A model generated the notes under the pieces. The model worked only from the letters and a program-made list of their open reading frames with translations, did not search any database and was not told the DNA's origin. A program made the position numbers and the translations under genes. From Candidatus Thalassarchaeum sp. (GTDB lineage Archaea > Thermoplasmatota > Poseidoniia > Poseidoniales > Thalassarchaeaceae), in contig JAKURL010000006.1 of NCBI GenBank assembly GCA_022449345.1, forward strand, positions 29,451 to 93,450: a stretch of DNA of 64,000 nucleotides, read 5' to 3'. Positions 26,470 to 36,146 of this stretch are shown piece by piece (position 1 is the stretch's first letter; every line of letters starts with the position of its first letter).

Positions 26470-27594
26470 TCAGGCTGAAACATCATCCGAAGGCTTTCTT
26501 GCGTTCCATTCATCTCGAAGTATCATGGTAGCGGCCAGAACCGCTCCAAGAATAGCTCCCTGCAAGCCAGCGCTGGCAGTCACGACAATTACGAACATTA
26601 GGGCTAGATACACCATCGAGACAAAGAAAGAGCGAGCCGCAGTGGGGATTCGGCCAGATTCAGTACGCGACTCATCTGGGTCGATGATGAATACAGTTCT
26701 AGCATACCAGATATTGACGATTACAGCAGTCCAGCCGAAGACATGGTAGATTGTATCGTGTCTATCCATATCACCCATTGCAGCCGGCGCAAGTAGGGCT
26801 AGAATTACCAGTAGCACAGCATAAATCTTCATCTCTAGCAGCGTGCGGCTATGGCCTTTAACTCCCGGCATCATCGGAATTCCAACCGCGTCATATTCCT
26901 TTGAGCGGTATAGAGCGAGAGCCCAGAAGTGAGGTGGAGTCCAGAGGAAGATCAGCAGCAGTAGATACCATGGCATCCAACTACCAAGGTCAAAGATTGA
27001 GTTTGCAAAATCCTTCAAGGAATCTGTATTGATGCTTAGATCGCCAGCCGCAGTAGCCCATCCGATTACTGGCGGAGTGGCTCCTGCCAAACCTCCGATG
27101 ACTATGTTTTGAACCGAAGTGCGCTTCAACCATATGGTGTAAATCAAGACGTAGAATAAGATGCTGAATGTCGCCCAAAACGCAGCTACTTGATTTGCGC
27201 ATTCAAGAAACCAAACAACTCCTAGCAGAGAGATAACGATGCCAAATGCAAGAGCTGCATTCGCACTCACACGACCTGAAGGAATCGCCCTTCGCGAGGT
27301 TCTTTCCATGATGGGGTCAATATCGCGATCATACCACATGTTGATTGCATTCGCTCCACCTGCGGTCAGATAACCTCCAACGAATACGATGGCCATGGTC
27401 CTGAGGGACTCGTTCCAATCCATGTCTCCGAATCCATTTGCTTCTAGCAAATCATGAGATAACACCGCACAGAGCGCAGTAATTTGCAGTAGCACCACGA
27501 CTCCAGGTTTAGTGAGGGAAAGCCAGGCTCGGAGGCCACTCAGACTCTCTGCCATAGCACGCCCTTCGGGCGTGAGTCCTTCAATTCGACTCAT
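26470..27594 (-). CDS. ctaB: Protoheme IX farnesyltransferase (heme O synthase), UbiA family.
   Basis: YDRDIDPIMERTSRRAIPSG Asp-rich prenyltransferase motif; polytopic membrane protein. Confidence 0.7.
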   Translation of the reverse strand: MSRIEGLTPEGRAMAESLSGLRAWLSLTKPGVVVLLQITALCAVLSHDLLEANGFGDMDWNESLRTMAIVFVGGYLTAGGANAINMWYDRDIDPIMERTSRRAIPSGRVSANAALAFGIVISLLGVVWFLECANQVAAFWATFSILFYVLIYTIWLKRTSVQNIVIGGLAGATPPVIGWATAAGDLSINTDSLKDFANSIFDLGSWMPWYLLLLIFLWTPPHFWALALYRSKEYDAVGIPMMPGVKGHSRTLLEMKIYAVLLVILALLAPAAMGDMDRHDTIYHVFGWTAVIVNIWYARTVFIIDPDESRTESGRIPTAARSFFVSMVYLALMFVIVVTASAGLQGAILGAVLAATMILRDEWNARKPSDDVSA

Positions 27595-28652
27595 CAGAGG
27601 GCCTCTGGTGTAGGCTCATGTAAAGCGAAGGTAGAGATTGCCAACCAAGCGGTTGCCAGAGTCAGGAAAGATGTAGAACCTACAAGCAGGTGAATCAGAG
27701 ATGTCATTTCACGGAAAGTTTCGCTGTCCGGCGACCAAGAAAGGATGTATAGAGCGCCGATTAACATATTCAAAATAAAGAATCCCGTGGCCGCCCAAAT
27801 CCAATTTCTCAGGACGATTCCATGTTGGTGTTGAGTTTGTTCTTTCCAAACGAACCAAGCCGCAACTAGTAGACCAATTTCGACAATTGCAACCACCCAA
27901 CGATGGATTATTTGTGATTGATTTTCTAAATCGACAATCTCTGGGAAAAATTGCCCATTACAAAGCGGCCAAGAATCAACATCTCCAACCCCACAGGCAT
28001 TGTCTGCTCCTGGGGTTGTAGCGACGAATACTCCGATAAATACCGAGCTGAATGTGCCAAGTCCTAACCAAGCGATACGATTCCTCCATTGAGAAGCAAG
28101 AATCGGGTCGAAATCAAACCAAGATGGTTTAACCCCTTCATCACGATTCAAACAAAGCCACAACCAAATTAGTGACAAAATGAATGCTAGAGCACTGGAT
28201 AGATGTAGAGCCACACTCCATTGCTCATTGTCAATCTTTACGGTAAGCCAACCAAGTGCTCCTTGCCAAATAATCAGAACCAAGGCCAAACTAGAACCAA
28301 ACTTGGTTGTAGAGGAGGCCTCTTCTTTTCGGCGAATAGCTAGCCAGTTTAGAATAACTAGTGGGCCAAGAATTACTCCAGCCAATAGCCTGTGAAACCA
28401 TTCAGTAAATATCTCAAATGTGGTGTATCGGTGATGTTCTCCTCGCGAATCTATCTCATCTGGATTTACGTTCCACCATGCCTCTTGTTCCTCGGGGTTG
28501 ACATCGAATCCCCATGTGCCAAAACAGGTGGGCCAATCCGGACAGGATTCCCCAGCATCTGAAACTCTAACCAATCCGCCAACAGCGATTACCAGAAAGG
28601 TGAGAACGATTAGACCAGCGGTTAGTCGCTTAGTATCGATTTTCTCAAGCAT
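27594..28652 (-). CDS. ctaA: Heme A synthase (CtaA/COX15-like).
   Basis: CPDWPTC motif, several His-containing TM helices, and a 1-nt overlap with ctaB. Confidence 0.6.
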   Translation of the reverse strand: MLEKIDTKRLTAGLIVLTFLVIAVGGLVRVSDAGESCPDWPTCFGTWGFDVNPEEQEAWWNVNPDEIDSRGEHHRYTTFEIFTEWFHRLLAGVILGPLVILNWLAIRRKEEASSTTKFGSSLALVLIIWQGALGWLTVKIDNEQWSVALHLSSALAFILSLIWLWLCLNRDEGVKPSWFDFDPILASQWRNRIAWLGLGTFSSVFIGVFVATTPGADNACGVGDVDSWPLCNGQFFPEIVDLENQSQIIHRWVVAIVEIGLLVAAWFVWKEQTQHQHGIVLRNWIWAATGFFILNMLIGALYILSWSPDSETFREMTSLIHLLVGSTSFLTLATAWLAISTFALHEPTPEAL

Positions 28653-28658
28653 CGCTTA

Positions 28659-28666
28659 CCCCCCCC
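28659..28666 (-). repeat. G8 homopolymer (C8 on the plus strand), 6 nt upstream of the ctaA ATG.
   Basis: Read directly from the sequence: GGGGGGGG-TAAGCG-ATG on the coding strand. Confidence 0.9.
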
Positions 28667-28692
28667 GCAATGGACGATAAGCTGGAGTGTCC

Positions 28693-28953
28693 TCACACCT
28701 CCTCAGTGTGAGGATCTACGTCGATTGGAATGCGGTGAGAATCATACTCTAGCATTGCAATCTTGAGAGGGTCGAGTACGAATCTTGCCTTCGCATCCTC
28801 GATCCCATAAAGTTGGATTAGTTCTTCCATGAAATTCTCACGGAGTTCCTCTTCGGATACATATAGCGGTGCGCCCATGCTGATTTGCAATGCTCGCGCA
28901 CCGATGATTCGCGCCTTCTCAAAGCGAGTGTGCTGCCGTAATGGAGTGACCAT
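28693..28953 (-). CDS. rpoK: DNA-directed RNA polymerase subunit K (Rpo6).
   Basis: [15 protein letters not shown] core motif and small size. Confidence 0.75.
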   Translation of the reverse strand: MVTPLRQHTRFEKARIIGARALQISMGAPLYVSEEELRENFMEELIQLYGIEDAKARFVLDPLKIAMLEYDSHRIPIDVDPHTEEV

Positions 28954-29032
28954 CGAGGGCGGCGACCCAAGACCTCCCTATTAGCCCACCGGCGGTCCTT
29001 CGCCCCCTTTGGGGGCGTATTTCCGGCCTCAA

Positions 29033-30190
29033 TCAAGCCTCAATCAGCATCCCAACAGCGTTACCGCCGCCAAGGCATATTGTCACAATTCCTCGCTTAC
29101 CACCAGTGCGATTGAGAGCATTGGTGAGAGTCATTAGACAACGTGTTCCAGTCGCTCCGAGTGGATGCCCAAGGGAGACTGCTCCACCATGAGGATTGAA
29201 TCCTACATCTGGGAAATCAAATGCTTGCTGAATGGCGCACGAGGCGGCTGCAAACGCCTCGTTATGCTCTAGAATTTCGATATCCGTAATTTCCAATTGG
29301 TTTCTATCGAGTAGCATTTGCACCGCAGGAATTGGAGCAGACATGACTCTATATGGTTCAACGCCAGATGTTACGAAATCGACAATACGGGCTAGTATTG
29401 GCCAGCCATTCGATTCAGCCGCATCCTCAGATGCAAGTAGGACGGCTGAGCCACCATCTGATATCTGACTCGCGTTTCCTGCGGTCACTTGCCCATCATC
29501 CTTGAACACGGTCCGAAGTTCAGCAAGGCCTTCCCTTGTAGTATCTGAGCGGATTCCCTCGTCTCGATTAAGCTCCTCCATAACTATACACTCTTCTGCT
29601 AGCCAGCCTTGCTCCCAAGCCATGGTTGAACAGCTGTGTGATCTTACGGCATAAGTGTCTGATTGCGTTCGTGAAATTTTCGCTTCTTCGGCTATGGTCT
29701 CGCCGGTTATTCCCATCATTGAACCATCATATGCATCCTTCAGACCATCGTGACTCAGTATTCCGGTTAAGTCTGCAAATGAGATTTTGTCACTAGACCT
29801 TGCTCCTCGGATGAAATGAGGCGCTTGACTCATCGATTCCATTCCACCGGCGATGACAACATCTGCACGCCCAGCCATTATTTCGGTTGCAGCGATCATC
29901 GCCGCCTTGAGACTAGAACCACACACCTTGTTGACGGTGGTACATGGGGTTGAGTATGGTAGTCCAGCATCAATAGCTACTTGTCTTGCAGGTGCTTGCC
30001 CTGATCCTGCCTGAAGCACCTGACCCATGTAGACTTGATTCACGATGCCGCTGCTGGGGTCGATTCCAGCCCTAGCCAATACCCCCTCTACGGCCAATGT
30101 GCCCAATTCGATTGCAGTGTAATTTGCTAGTGCTCCGCGAAAGCGGCCAAAGGGAGTTCTAGCGTATGCGCAGATGACCGGCGTCGACAC
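29033..30190 (-). CDS. Acetyl-CoA C-acetyltransferase (thiolase).
   Basis: VNKVCGSS active-site Cys region, NEAFAA, and C-terminal GGGNAVGMLIE. Confidence 0.9.
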   Translation of the reverse strand: MSTPVICAYARTPFGRFRGALANYTAIELGTLAVEGVLARAGIDPSSGIVNQVYMGQVLQAGSGQAPARQVAIDAGLPYSTPCTTVNKVCGSSLKAAMIAATEIMAGRADVVIAGGMESMSQAPHFIRGARSSDKISFADLTGILSHDGLKDAYDGSMMGITGETIAEEAKISRTQSDTYAVRSHSCSTMAWEQGWLAEECIVMEELNRDEGIRSDTTREGLAELRTVFKDDGQVTAGNASQISDGGSAVLLASEDAAESNGWPILARIVDFVTSGVEPYRVMSAPIPAVQMLLDRNQLEITDIEILEHNEAFAAASCAIQQAFDFPDVGFNPHGGAVSLGHPLGATGTRCLMTLTNALNRTGGKRGIVTICLGGGNAVGMLIEA

Positions 30191-30249
30191 AGGCGAAGCG
30201 AGCGAGTTACTCCCCTTGAAAGGTGCGATGGTCGCACCGCCGCTATCCC

Positions 30250-31371
30250 TCAGTTTTCAGACGAATAACCGTAAAATTCTGCATTCTCTAATTCGGGTCT
30301 TGAATCTGGCCTCACCAATATTGTTCGAACCGCCCAGAGATCCTTGAAGATGCGATACTGGGAGGTGGCATCGAGATAATCGACACCACTTGTTCCTCCT
30401 GTACCGATTCTCCTCCCCATGATTCTCTCTACCATTCGGGCATGGGCGTGTCGCCACTTGACCATCGCCTCTTCTAGTTCGACAATGGCATCGATTAGAG
30501 TTCTAGGCCATGTCAATAATGGTAATTCTCTGTAAGATTCGATGAATAGCAGTCCAGCCCGAGCTCGGCTGACTTCCCCATCGGGTTTGAGGTAATCAAT
30601 CGCAGCTTGGTGCGATGAAGCAAATCTATCTGCAGCCTTCTCCGGCGAAGAAGCACCGTAGCCCGACATCCTTGCAGCGGCCTGCTTTCCGAGTTTATTA
30701 TGAGAATTTAGGTGAGCATCAACATAGGCTTCCACCACTGAATCGTCACCGTCGCTACCTGCGGTCGAACCCATAATCGGAGTTCTAGACACCCAGCGTA
30801 GTATCGAATCGAATAGTGATGGTTTGGAAGCTACATCCTCCAGTCGAGCGAGAATCACAGCATCTCTCTCGGAATTTTCTGCTAACTTTCGGAAGGTGCT
30901 AATTGGGTCCATTCCGTAGAGGCGGTCCTCATTGGCTAATCCCAGCAGCATCTCAAATTCCCTCATCTGGTAAGATTCGAATCCAGATGCTGTCCCGAGT
31001 CCATCTCGGAATGCTAGGAATCCCTGTGGGGTCAGTGTCTCCAAAACGGTCCATTGATTGGCCATTAATCGAAAAATCTCGGTTGTTCTACAGAGATGGT
31101 CCACTGCCCTTGGTATGTGTTCCTCTGGAACGTGGTCTTGGGCTAGTATGTCCCGAACCTCAGTCAGTTCACGAATTATCTGCTTGAACCAAAGTTCGAA
31201 GGTCTGATGAACGATGATGAAATGCATTTCATCAGGGCTGACACCTCTATCTTCACCTTGAAGTTCTAACAAAGCGGGTAATTGTAGATAGTCCCCGTAT
31301 GTCCAATTGCCCTCGCTGCCTGAGCCGCTCATGCTGTGCGGATGACGCTTTACGCTTGAATCGTTACCCAA
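30250..31371 (-). CDS. kynA: Tryptophan 2,3-dioxygenase.
   Basis: YGDYLQLPALLELQ, FIIVHQTFELWFKQ, WTVLETLTPQGFLAFRDGLGTASGFES and GTGGTSGVDYL all match TDO signatures. Confidence 0.85.
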   Translation of the reverse strand: MGNDSSVKRHPHSMSGSGSEGNWTYGDYLQLPALLELQGEDRGVSPDEMHFIIVHQTFELWFKQIIRELTEVRDILAQDHVPEEHIPRAVDHLCRTTEIFRLMANQWTVLETLTPQGFLAFRDGLGTASGFESYQMREFEMLLGLANEDRLYGMDPISTFRKLAENSERDAVILARLEDVASKPSLFDSILRWVSRTPIMGSTAGSDGDDSVVEAYVDAHLNSHNKLGKQAAARMSGYGASSPEKAADRFASSHQAAIDYLKPDGEVSRARAGLLFIESYRELPLLTWPRTLIDAIVELEEAMVKWRHAHARMVERIMGRRIGTGGTSGVDYLDATSQYRIFKDLWAVRTILVRPDSRPELENAEFYGYSSEN

Positions 31372-31423
31372 GCCACAGTTCCGAATCCGAACCCTCTAAA
31401 CCACTGAATTTAGCCGCCATTTC

Positions 31424-32029
31424 ATGGCTGGTAGATGCGGAGGGCCGCAGCAAGATGGCGGCGACCTACGACCGGCAACGCGTATAGATGTAGAAGAGGG
31501 GCTAGAACTTTCTTTGATTGGAATGGATGATGCATCTGAGTTATTTTCAGTAGTTGATTCCAACAGAATGCACCTTAGGGAATGGCTTCCATGGTTAGAT
31601 GGAACAAAAAGTATCGAGGACGAAAATTCGTTCATCTCTATGAGTCTAGAAGAGTATGAGAAGCGAGAGGGAATAATCTACGCTATTCGTTTAGATGGCA
31701 ATATAATCGGAACGATTAGTTTGAATTGGATTGATTGGGTAAACAAGGGATGTGGAGTTGGCTATTGGTTGGTCGAAAATCTAACCGGAAATGGTTATGT
31801 GTCGAAATCTTGTATTCGATTGATGGAACATTGCTTCGACGACCTAAACCTACACAGATTCGTCCTCGAGGCTGCTGTCGACAATGTAGCAAGTTGCGAG
31901 GTAGCAGAAAGAATCGGAATGAGATTAGAGGGCATAACCAAGGATAGGGAATGGCTCTACGACCACTATGTTGACGCCAAATTATACGCTATCACAAAAC
32001 CTGAGTGGGATGAAAGGCAGTCTAAGTGA
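31424..32029 (+). CDS. GNAT family N-acetyltransferase (RimJ/RimL-like).
   Basis: GNAT motif A region (GYWLVENLTGNGYVSKSCIRLMEHCF) and FVLEAAVDNVAS. The true start is probably M34, at 31523. Confidence 0.65.
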   Translation: MAGRCGGPQQDGGDLRPATRIDVEEGLELSLIGMDDASELFSVVDSNRMHLREWLPWLDGTKSIEDENSFISMSLEEYEKREGIIYAIRLDGNIIGTISLNWIDWVNKGCGVGYWLVENLTGNGYVSKSCIRLMEHCFDDLNLHRFVLEAAVDNVASCEVAERIGMRLEGITKDREWLYDHYVDAKLYAITKPEWDERQSK

Positions 32030-32031
32030 CT

Positions 32032-34248
32032 TCAACCCAAGAGTCCGTGATCTACGATTTCACAGATTCCTGATGGTAGGGTTGCAAGAACATCATCTTG
32101 CGCTAGACCGGTTGCCTTGGCGATTCGATTAGCAATAGTTTCCTTCTTCTCACGCCCCGGTCGGATAATCGCCCACCTTTGGCAGAGATTGGATACTCCG
32201 GCCGCTGTTCCTGAAATTGGAATTGGAATATTGTTGATTATGGCGAATCCGATGGCTATCTCCATCTCGACATCACGATACCAAGTTCGCTTTCCCCTTA
32301 CGACAAATGCTCCACGACCTAACGACTCGCCGCTCTCGGTTTGCTTGGATACCTGCGTCGGTCGAGCATGGAATGCAGTTGCAGTCGCACTACCACTCCC
32401 CCAAGCCCGAGACCAGCAAATTGCCAATTGTGCGGCTTCTTGGATTATATCGCTGGGTAGATTCTGTGCATCTTCTAGTGAGCCAGCAAAGTCTTGCGAG
32501 ATTCGTAAAGATGCGACTCCTTCTGGCCTGAATCCAATTGGATGAGGATCGACCTCTAGTCCATCGTGTAATCTCAAAGAGCACGATGGAGCTCCGTGTA
32601 GGTCAGCATGAACGTAGAGGTCGGTAGAACGCAGATATTTCCTAACAACTGTGTCATTGCCCTTGGCATCGCGTCCTCCAACGACCATTCTACCATCGGA
32701 CAAAACTCCCCATCGATGTTTCTCGAACCAGAACCTCTTGCTTCGCTTTCCGATTCTAACTCGTCCAGAGGCTGCTTCTTTCTCCCGCTTAGCGGCGTCT
32801 TTGGCGGCTTGAGCCTCAGTTCTTTCCAAAGCCGCCTTGGCCCCCTTGGCCTTTTCTTTGAGTGTTCGAGCCTGTTTGAAATAGGTTTGAGCATTCTGGT
32901 GAACTGTATTTTCTACAGAAAGAGTTACGCTAGAGCCAGGCTCGCTCTCTTCGTCTGGTAAACGCGCAAGAATCGTGCGTTTTGCAGCGTCGACTCTGTC
33001 GATCCACACAACATCTGGAATCTTGGAGTCTAGGCTTTGCCAGCCTTCGCTTGAAATTATTGAGTTGACTTGTCCTAACAGGTCATCGATGTGCGTCCAA
33101 TTATCTTGTATCGACTTGGCTAATTCCTGAGCTAATGCTGCTTCTGACTCAAAGCGTTCGATGGACGAACGTTGCTGAGCAGCTCTTCTGTCGAGTTTTG
33201 CTTTCTGCTCTTCATCATCTTCTCCCACCGCGACGAGTTTTTCTTCCTCGCGGCGGATATATGCGATTGCATCATGAGCACCGAATATCGCGTCGTAGGC
33301 CCCGGATAAGTTAGAGATATCCGCCCTGAGACTGGAATCCATGAAAGGCAGGTCAATTGGTGAAAATTCGCTGATCATTCCACTCGCTGAGTCCCTACCT
33401 TGAGGGTCATCTGTAGATGAATCCCAAGAATCCAGTCCATCTTTTTCTTCTAACCAAATATATGCTCCTTGACCATCTGCTAATTCATTCAATAACTCAT
33501 TCATCGATTCACTGAGAGCCTGTCTCTGATCTTCATCAAGAGAATCGGCAGGGTCATCTAAATCGATTCCAGCGGCGCTACAAACCGCATTTCCATAGAT
33601 TCGTCCAAGGTTTGCGCGCGCCGCTAAGGTTCGAATCAGAGAATGATCGGAATTATCCAATAAATTGTCTAGACCATTTTTGTCGAGTTCACGAGGGTCT
33701 AGGGTTTCCGGAGGTGGTGCGTAGGGTTCGCCTCTCTTCAATGCTCGACTTGCGTACTTGGCGTGGGTAAGTGGCTGAATGATGACATCTTCATCATCTA
33801 GAAGCAATACATTCCCATCTCTGAACAATTCGATGACTAGTTTGTATTGACCGCCTCCATGTTCGAAGGTCAAAATGACCACCCTGTCGAAGCCGATTTG
33901 GTCCACCGCGACCAAGCGTGAATTTGCTAGATGCTTTCGCAAAACCATAGCGAAAGGTGACGGATTATTCGGCATTGGTCTATCACGTCTCGACATATAC
34001 AGTCTCTTTCCGCGTACAATCACCAAATCCACCGAGGGTTCACCTTTCGGATTGAGTCTCAAAACAACTTGCTCGTGATGCGGCTGGTAGGCTTTACGTG
34101 CACGGGTTCCAATTATTCCACGCAACTCTCTGACCATGCGGGCGACATCGAATGAGGAAGACTGCGCGCGCATGGCTCTCATTACGAGGGCAAGCACGCC
34201 CTTCATCAGACAATCGCTTGATATCTGACGGCTCGGGCTCGATGACAA
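32032..34248 (-). CDS. NFACT-family protein (FbpA/RqcH/NEMF-like ribosome quality-control homologue).
   Basis: N-terminal NFACT-N-like segment, a coiled-coil middle region, and DLYVHADLHGAPSCSL matching the NFACT-R motif. Confidence 0.55.
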   Translation of the reverse strand: MSSSPSRQISSDCLMKGVLALVMRAMRAQSSSFDVARMVRELRGIIGTRARKAYQPHHEQVVLRLNPKGEPSVDLVIVRGKRLYMSRRDRPMPNNPSPFAMVLRKHLANSRLVAVDQIGFDRVVILTFEHGGGQYKLVIELFRDGNVLLLDDEDVIIQPLTHAKYASRALKRGEPYAPPPETLDPRELDKNGLDNLLDNSDHSLIRTLAARANLGRIYGNAVCSAAGIDLDDPADSLDEDQRQALSESMNELLNELADGQGAYIWLEEKDGLDSWDSSTDDPQGRDSASGMISEFSPIDLPFMDSSLRADISNLSGAYDAIFGAHDAIAYIRREEEKLVAVGEDDEEQKAKLDRRAAQQRSSIERFESEAALAQELAKSIQDNWTHIDDLLGQVNSIISSEGWQSLDSKIPDVVWIDRVDAAKRTILARLPDEESEPGSSVTLSVENTVHQNAQTYFKQARTLKEKAKGAKAALERTEAQAAKDAAKREKEAASGRVRIGKRSKRFWFEKHRWGVLSDGRMVVGGRDAKGNDTVVRKYLRSTDLYVHADLHGAPSCSLRLHDGLEVDPHPIGFRPEGVASLRISQDFAGSLEDAQNLPSDIIQEAAQLAICWSRAWGSGSATATAFHARPTQVSKQTESGESLGRGAFVVRGKRTWYRDVEMEIAIGFAIINNIPIPISGTAAGVSNLCQRWAIIRPGREKKETIANRIAKATGLAQDDVLATLPSGICEIVDHGLLG

Positions 34249-35276
34249 TGACTGGCATGGGAGGGCTGCGCATGGACGATGGTGTGCCCTTCGTGCATGG
34301 TCCGGAAACGATGGGAGAGGCCGATGTTGGTCTCAGAGCATTTTGGTATCGGCCAATGCTTCTTCGCAATTCGATTGAAGTGGATGTAGACCTCGATTGG
34401 GGAATTCACTGCAATGCAGATGCATTGGCCGAGCAAGCAGCTGTAATTGCAAATCGAATGAATGCTGATGGGATTGAGGATGCAGAGGTGTTGGCGTTAG
34501 ATTTGGCTTTCATTTTCGGATTTGACCACGAGTATTTCCATCACCGGTTTGATTCAGGAATTACCTCTCATGTTATGCGAACCCACGCTCAAACCGGTGC
34601 TTTACCAGCAAATTTTGGTGATTACGAAGAATTACATGACTCCATTTCCACCCGGCGTGAAGGACCAGAATGGTGGTTGTTGACTGAGGAAACCTTAGCC
34701 AATGCTCACATCGTAATGGATCAGACTAGACTTGGTGGGCTGAAGGACGCATTCATCGAGCATGGCTTACTTCCTGAACCAGGGGATCGCACACGCGGAC
34801 CATACGCAGGATGGCGATACGTTGCTGCTGACCCTTGGAAATTCAATTGTTTGTCACACCACACATGGTTGCAAATTTTGACTGGAGAACTAGATCCTCT
34901 TGGAATCATACCGGCAATCGAGGCAATAACCCACGAAGGTGGACTAGATGCGGCATATGACGCACTAATCGACTCGATTGTCGATGCCTGTGGTTTACCT
35001 GAAGATGAGGACTCAATCCCCGACAGAGTGCTTGGTCGAAGTGGTTCCGAGCATCTCTTTGCTATGGGAGGTGTTCCAGATGGAATGCTACGCCGCCTTG
35101 AGGTTCCGATGCACTTCCACGGCGGCGAGGCCAATAGGATGGCTGAAAGATATGGCCCAACAAATCCAGATTGGCCCTATGCCATCATTGAGAATCTCTA
35201 CGACTGCCTAGGGCGTTACGACGACGGGACGATTGACCCATGGGGCGGTGACGACCCATTCACCTCATTGGCTTGA
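34242..35276 (+). CDS. Hypothetical protein with an HExxH (HEYFHH) motif; possible zinc metallohydrolase of unknown family.
   Basis: FDHEYFHHRFD lies at aa 124-134 of the longer ORF. The start was chosen at an internal Met that abuts the neighbouring gene. Confidence 0.3.
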   Translation: MTMTGMGGLRMDDGVPFVHGPETMGEADVGLRAFWYRPMLLRNSIEVDVDLDWGIHCNADALAEQAAVIANRMNADGIEDAEVLALDLAFIFGFDHEYFHHRFDSGITSHVMRTHAQTGALPANFGDYEELHDSISTRREGPEWWLLTEETLANAHIVMDQTRLGGLKDAFIEHGLLPEPGDRTRGPYAGWRYVAADPWKFNCLSHHTWLQILTGELDPLGIIPAIEAITHEGGLDAAYDALIDSIVDACGLPEDEDSIPDRVLGRSGSEHLFAMGGVPDGMLRRLEVPMHFHGGEANRMAERYGPTNPDWPYAIIENLYDCLGRYDDGTIDPWGGDDPFTSLA

Positions 35277-35279
35277 GAT

Positions 35280-36134
35280 TCAACCAAAACTTTCCATGAA
35301 TTGCTCGATTACCGGTATTGCAGCAGCCTCATGAGCAAATTGATTGCTCTCGATATCAATTAGTGTACAGTTTGGAATCTGTTTGCTGAGAATCCCGGCA
35401 TCAGAATGATCGTGAAGCGTGTCAGAAGAAGCCCGGAGGACTCCCACTGGGGCACTGCTACCCGTGAAATATAAGTCCATTTTGTAATTCTTGAAAACCA
35501 TAGAACATAGTCTCAGTCTATCGATTGGCGCAGCGAGTAAGGTTCGCCGATAGCGTATTCTCTGTCCTTCTTCTTTCAATATCTTTTCAAGATACCAAAT
35601 TACAAATCGAACCAGCGCGTTGTACATGAATAACGGCGCAGGAATTAGCGGTCTAGCCCATAGAGGAGGAATAAAGGCTAGATTAGGAGATAGCACCACG
35701 AGACTTCGAAATACCAAGGTGTCCTCTCTCAAGCCTTCAAGCAGTAGTGTAGCTCCTAGCGATGAACCAATGGCGTCACATTCTGCAGGATTGAGTTGCA
35801 TTTTTTGCAGAATAATCGGTAGATCAGAAGCGATGTTCGGGACTAAGAAAATTTCCTTTGAAATTGCCGAATCGATTCGACAGCTACCTTTCTCACGAGT
35901 TTCTATGTAAACTACTGGCCGGTGTTTAACCCACTCAGATAGAATTGGAAACCAGCCTTCCGGAACAGAATTCCAACCCGGAATCATCACCAAAGTTCGA
36001 GCCTGTTTGGCTTGCTCCTGTTCCGGTGTCCAGTGTAGTACTCTAAGATGAAATCCCGAATTTGCTTCAATCCAATGTTGTTCTACCGAAGCCCCTTCAA
36101 ATTCTGGAATTTCTTGCCACAATTCCGACTGCAT
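35280..36134 (-). CDS. Alpha/beta hydrolase fold protein.
   Basis: GSSLG nucleophile elbow (GxSxG) and the expected length. Confidence 0.5.
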   Translation of the reverse strand: MQSELWQEIPEFEGASVEQHWIEANSGFHLRVLHWTPEQEQAKQARTLVMIPGWNSVPEGWFPILSEWVKHRPVVYIETREKGSCRIDSAISKEIFLVPNIASDLPIILQKMQLNPAECDAIGSSLGATLLLEGLREDTLVFRSLVVLSPNLAFIPPLWARPLIPAPLFMYNALVRFVIWYLEKILKEEGQRIRYRRTLLAAPIDRLRLCSMVFKNYKMDLYFTGSSAPVGVLRASSDTLHDHSDAGILSKQIPNCTLIDIESNQFAHEAAAIPVIEQFMESFG

Positions 36135-36146
36135 TACATTTCCCCT

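Noticed and set aside
32032-34248. N-terminal residues MSSSPSRQISSDCLMKGVLALV of the NFACT ORF, as a possible signal peptide.
   Set aside because: They are more likely untranslated. The NFACT-N domain begins near MRAMRAQSSSFDVARMVREL, and the protein family is cytoplasmic.
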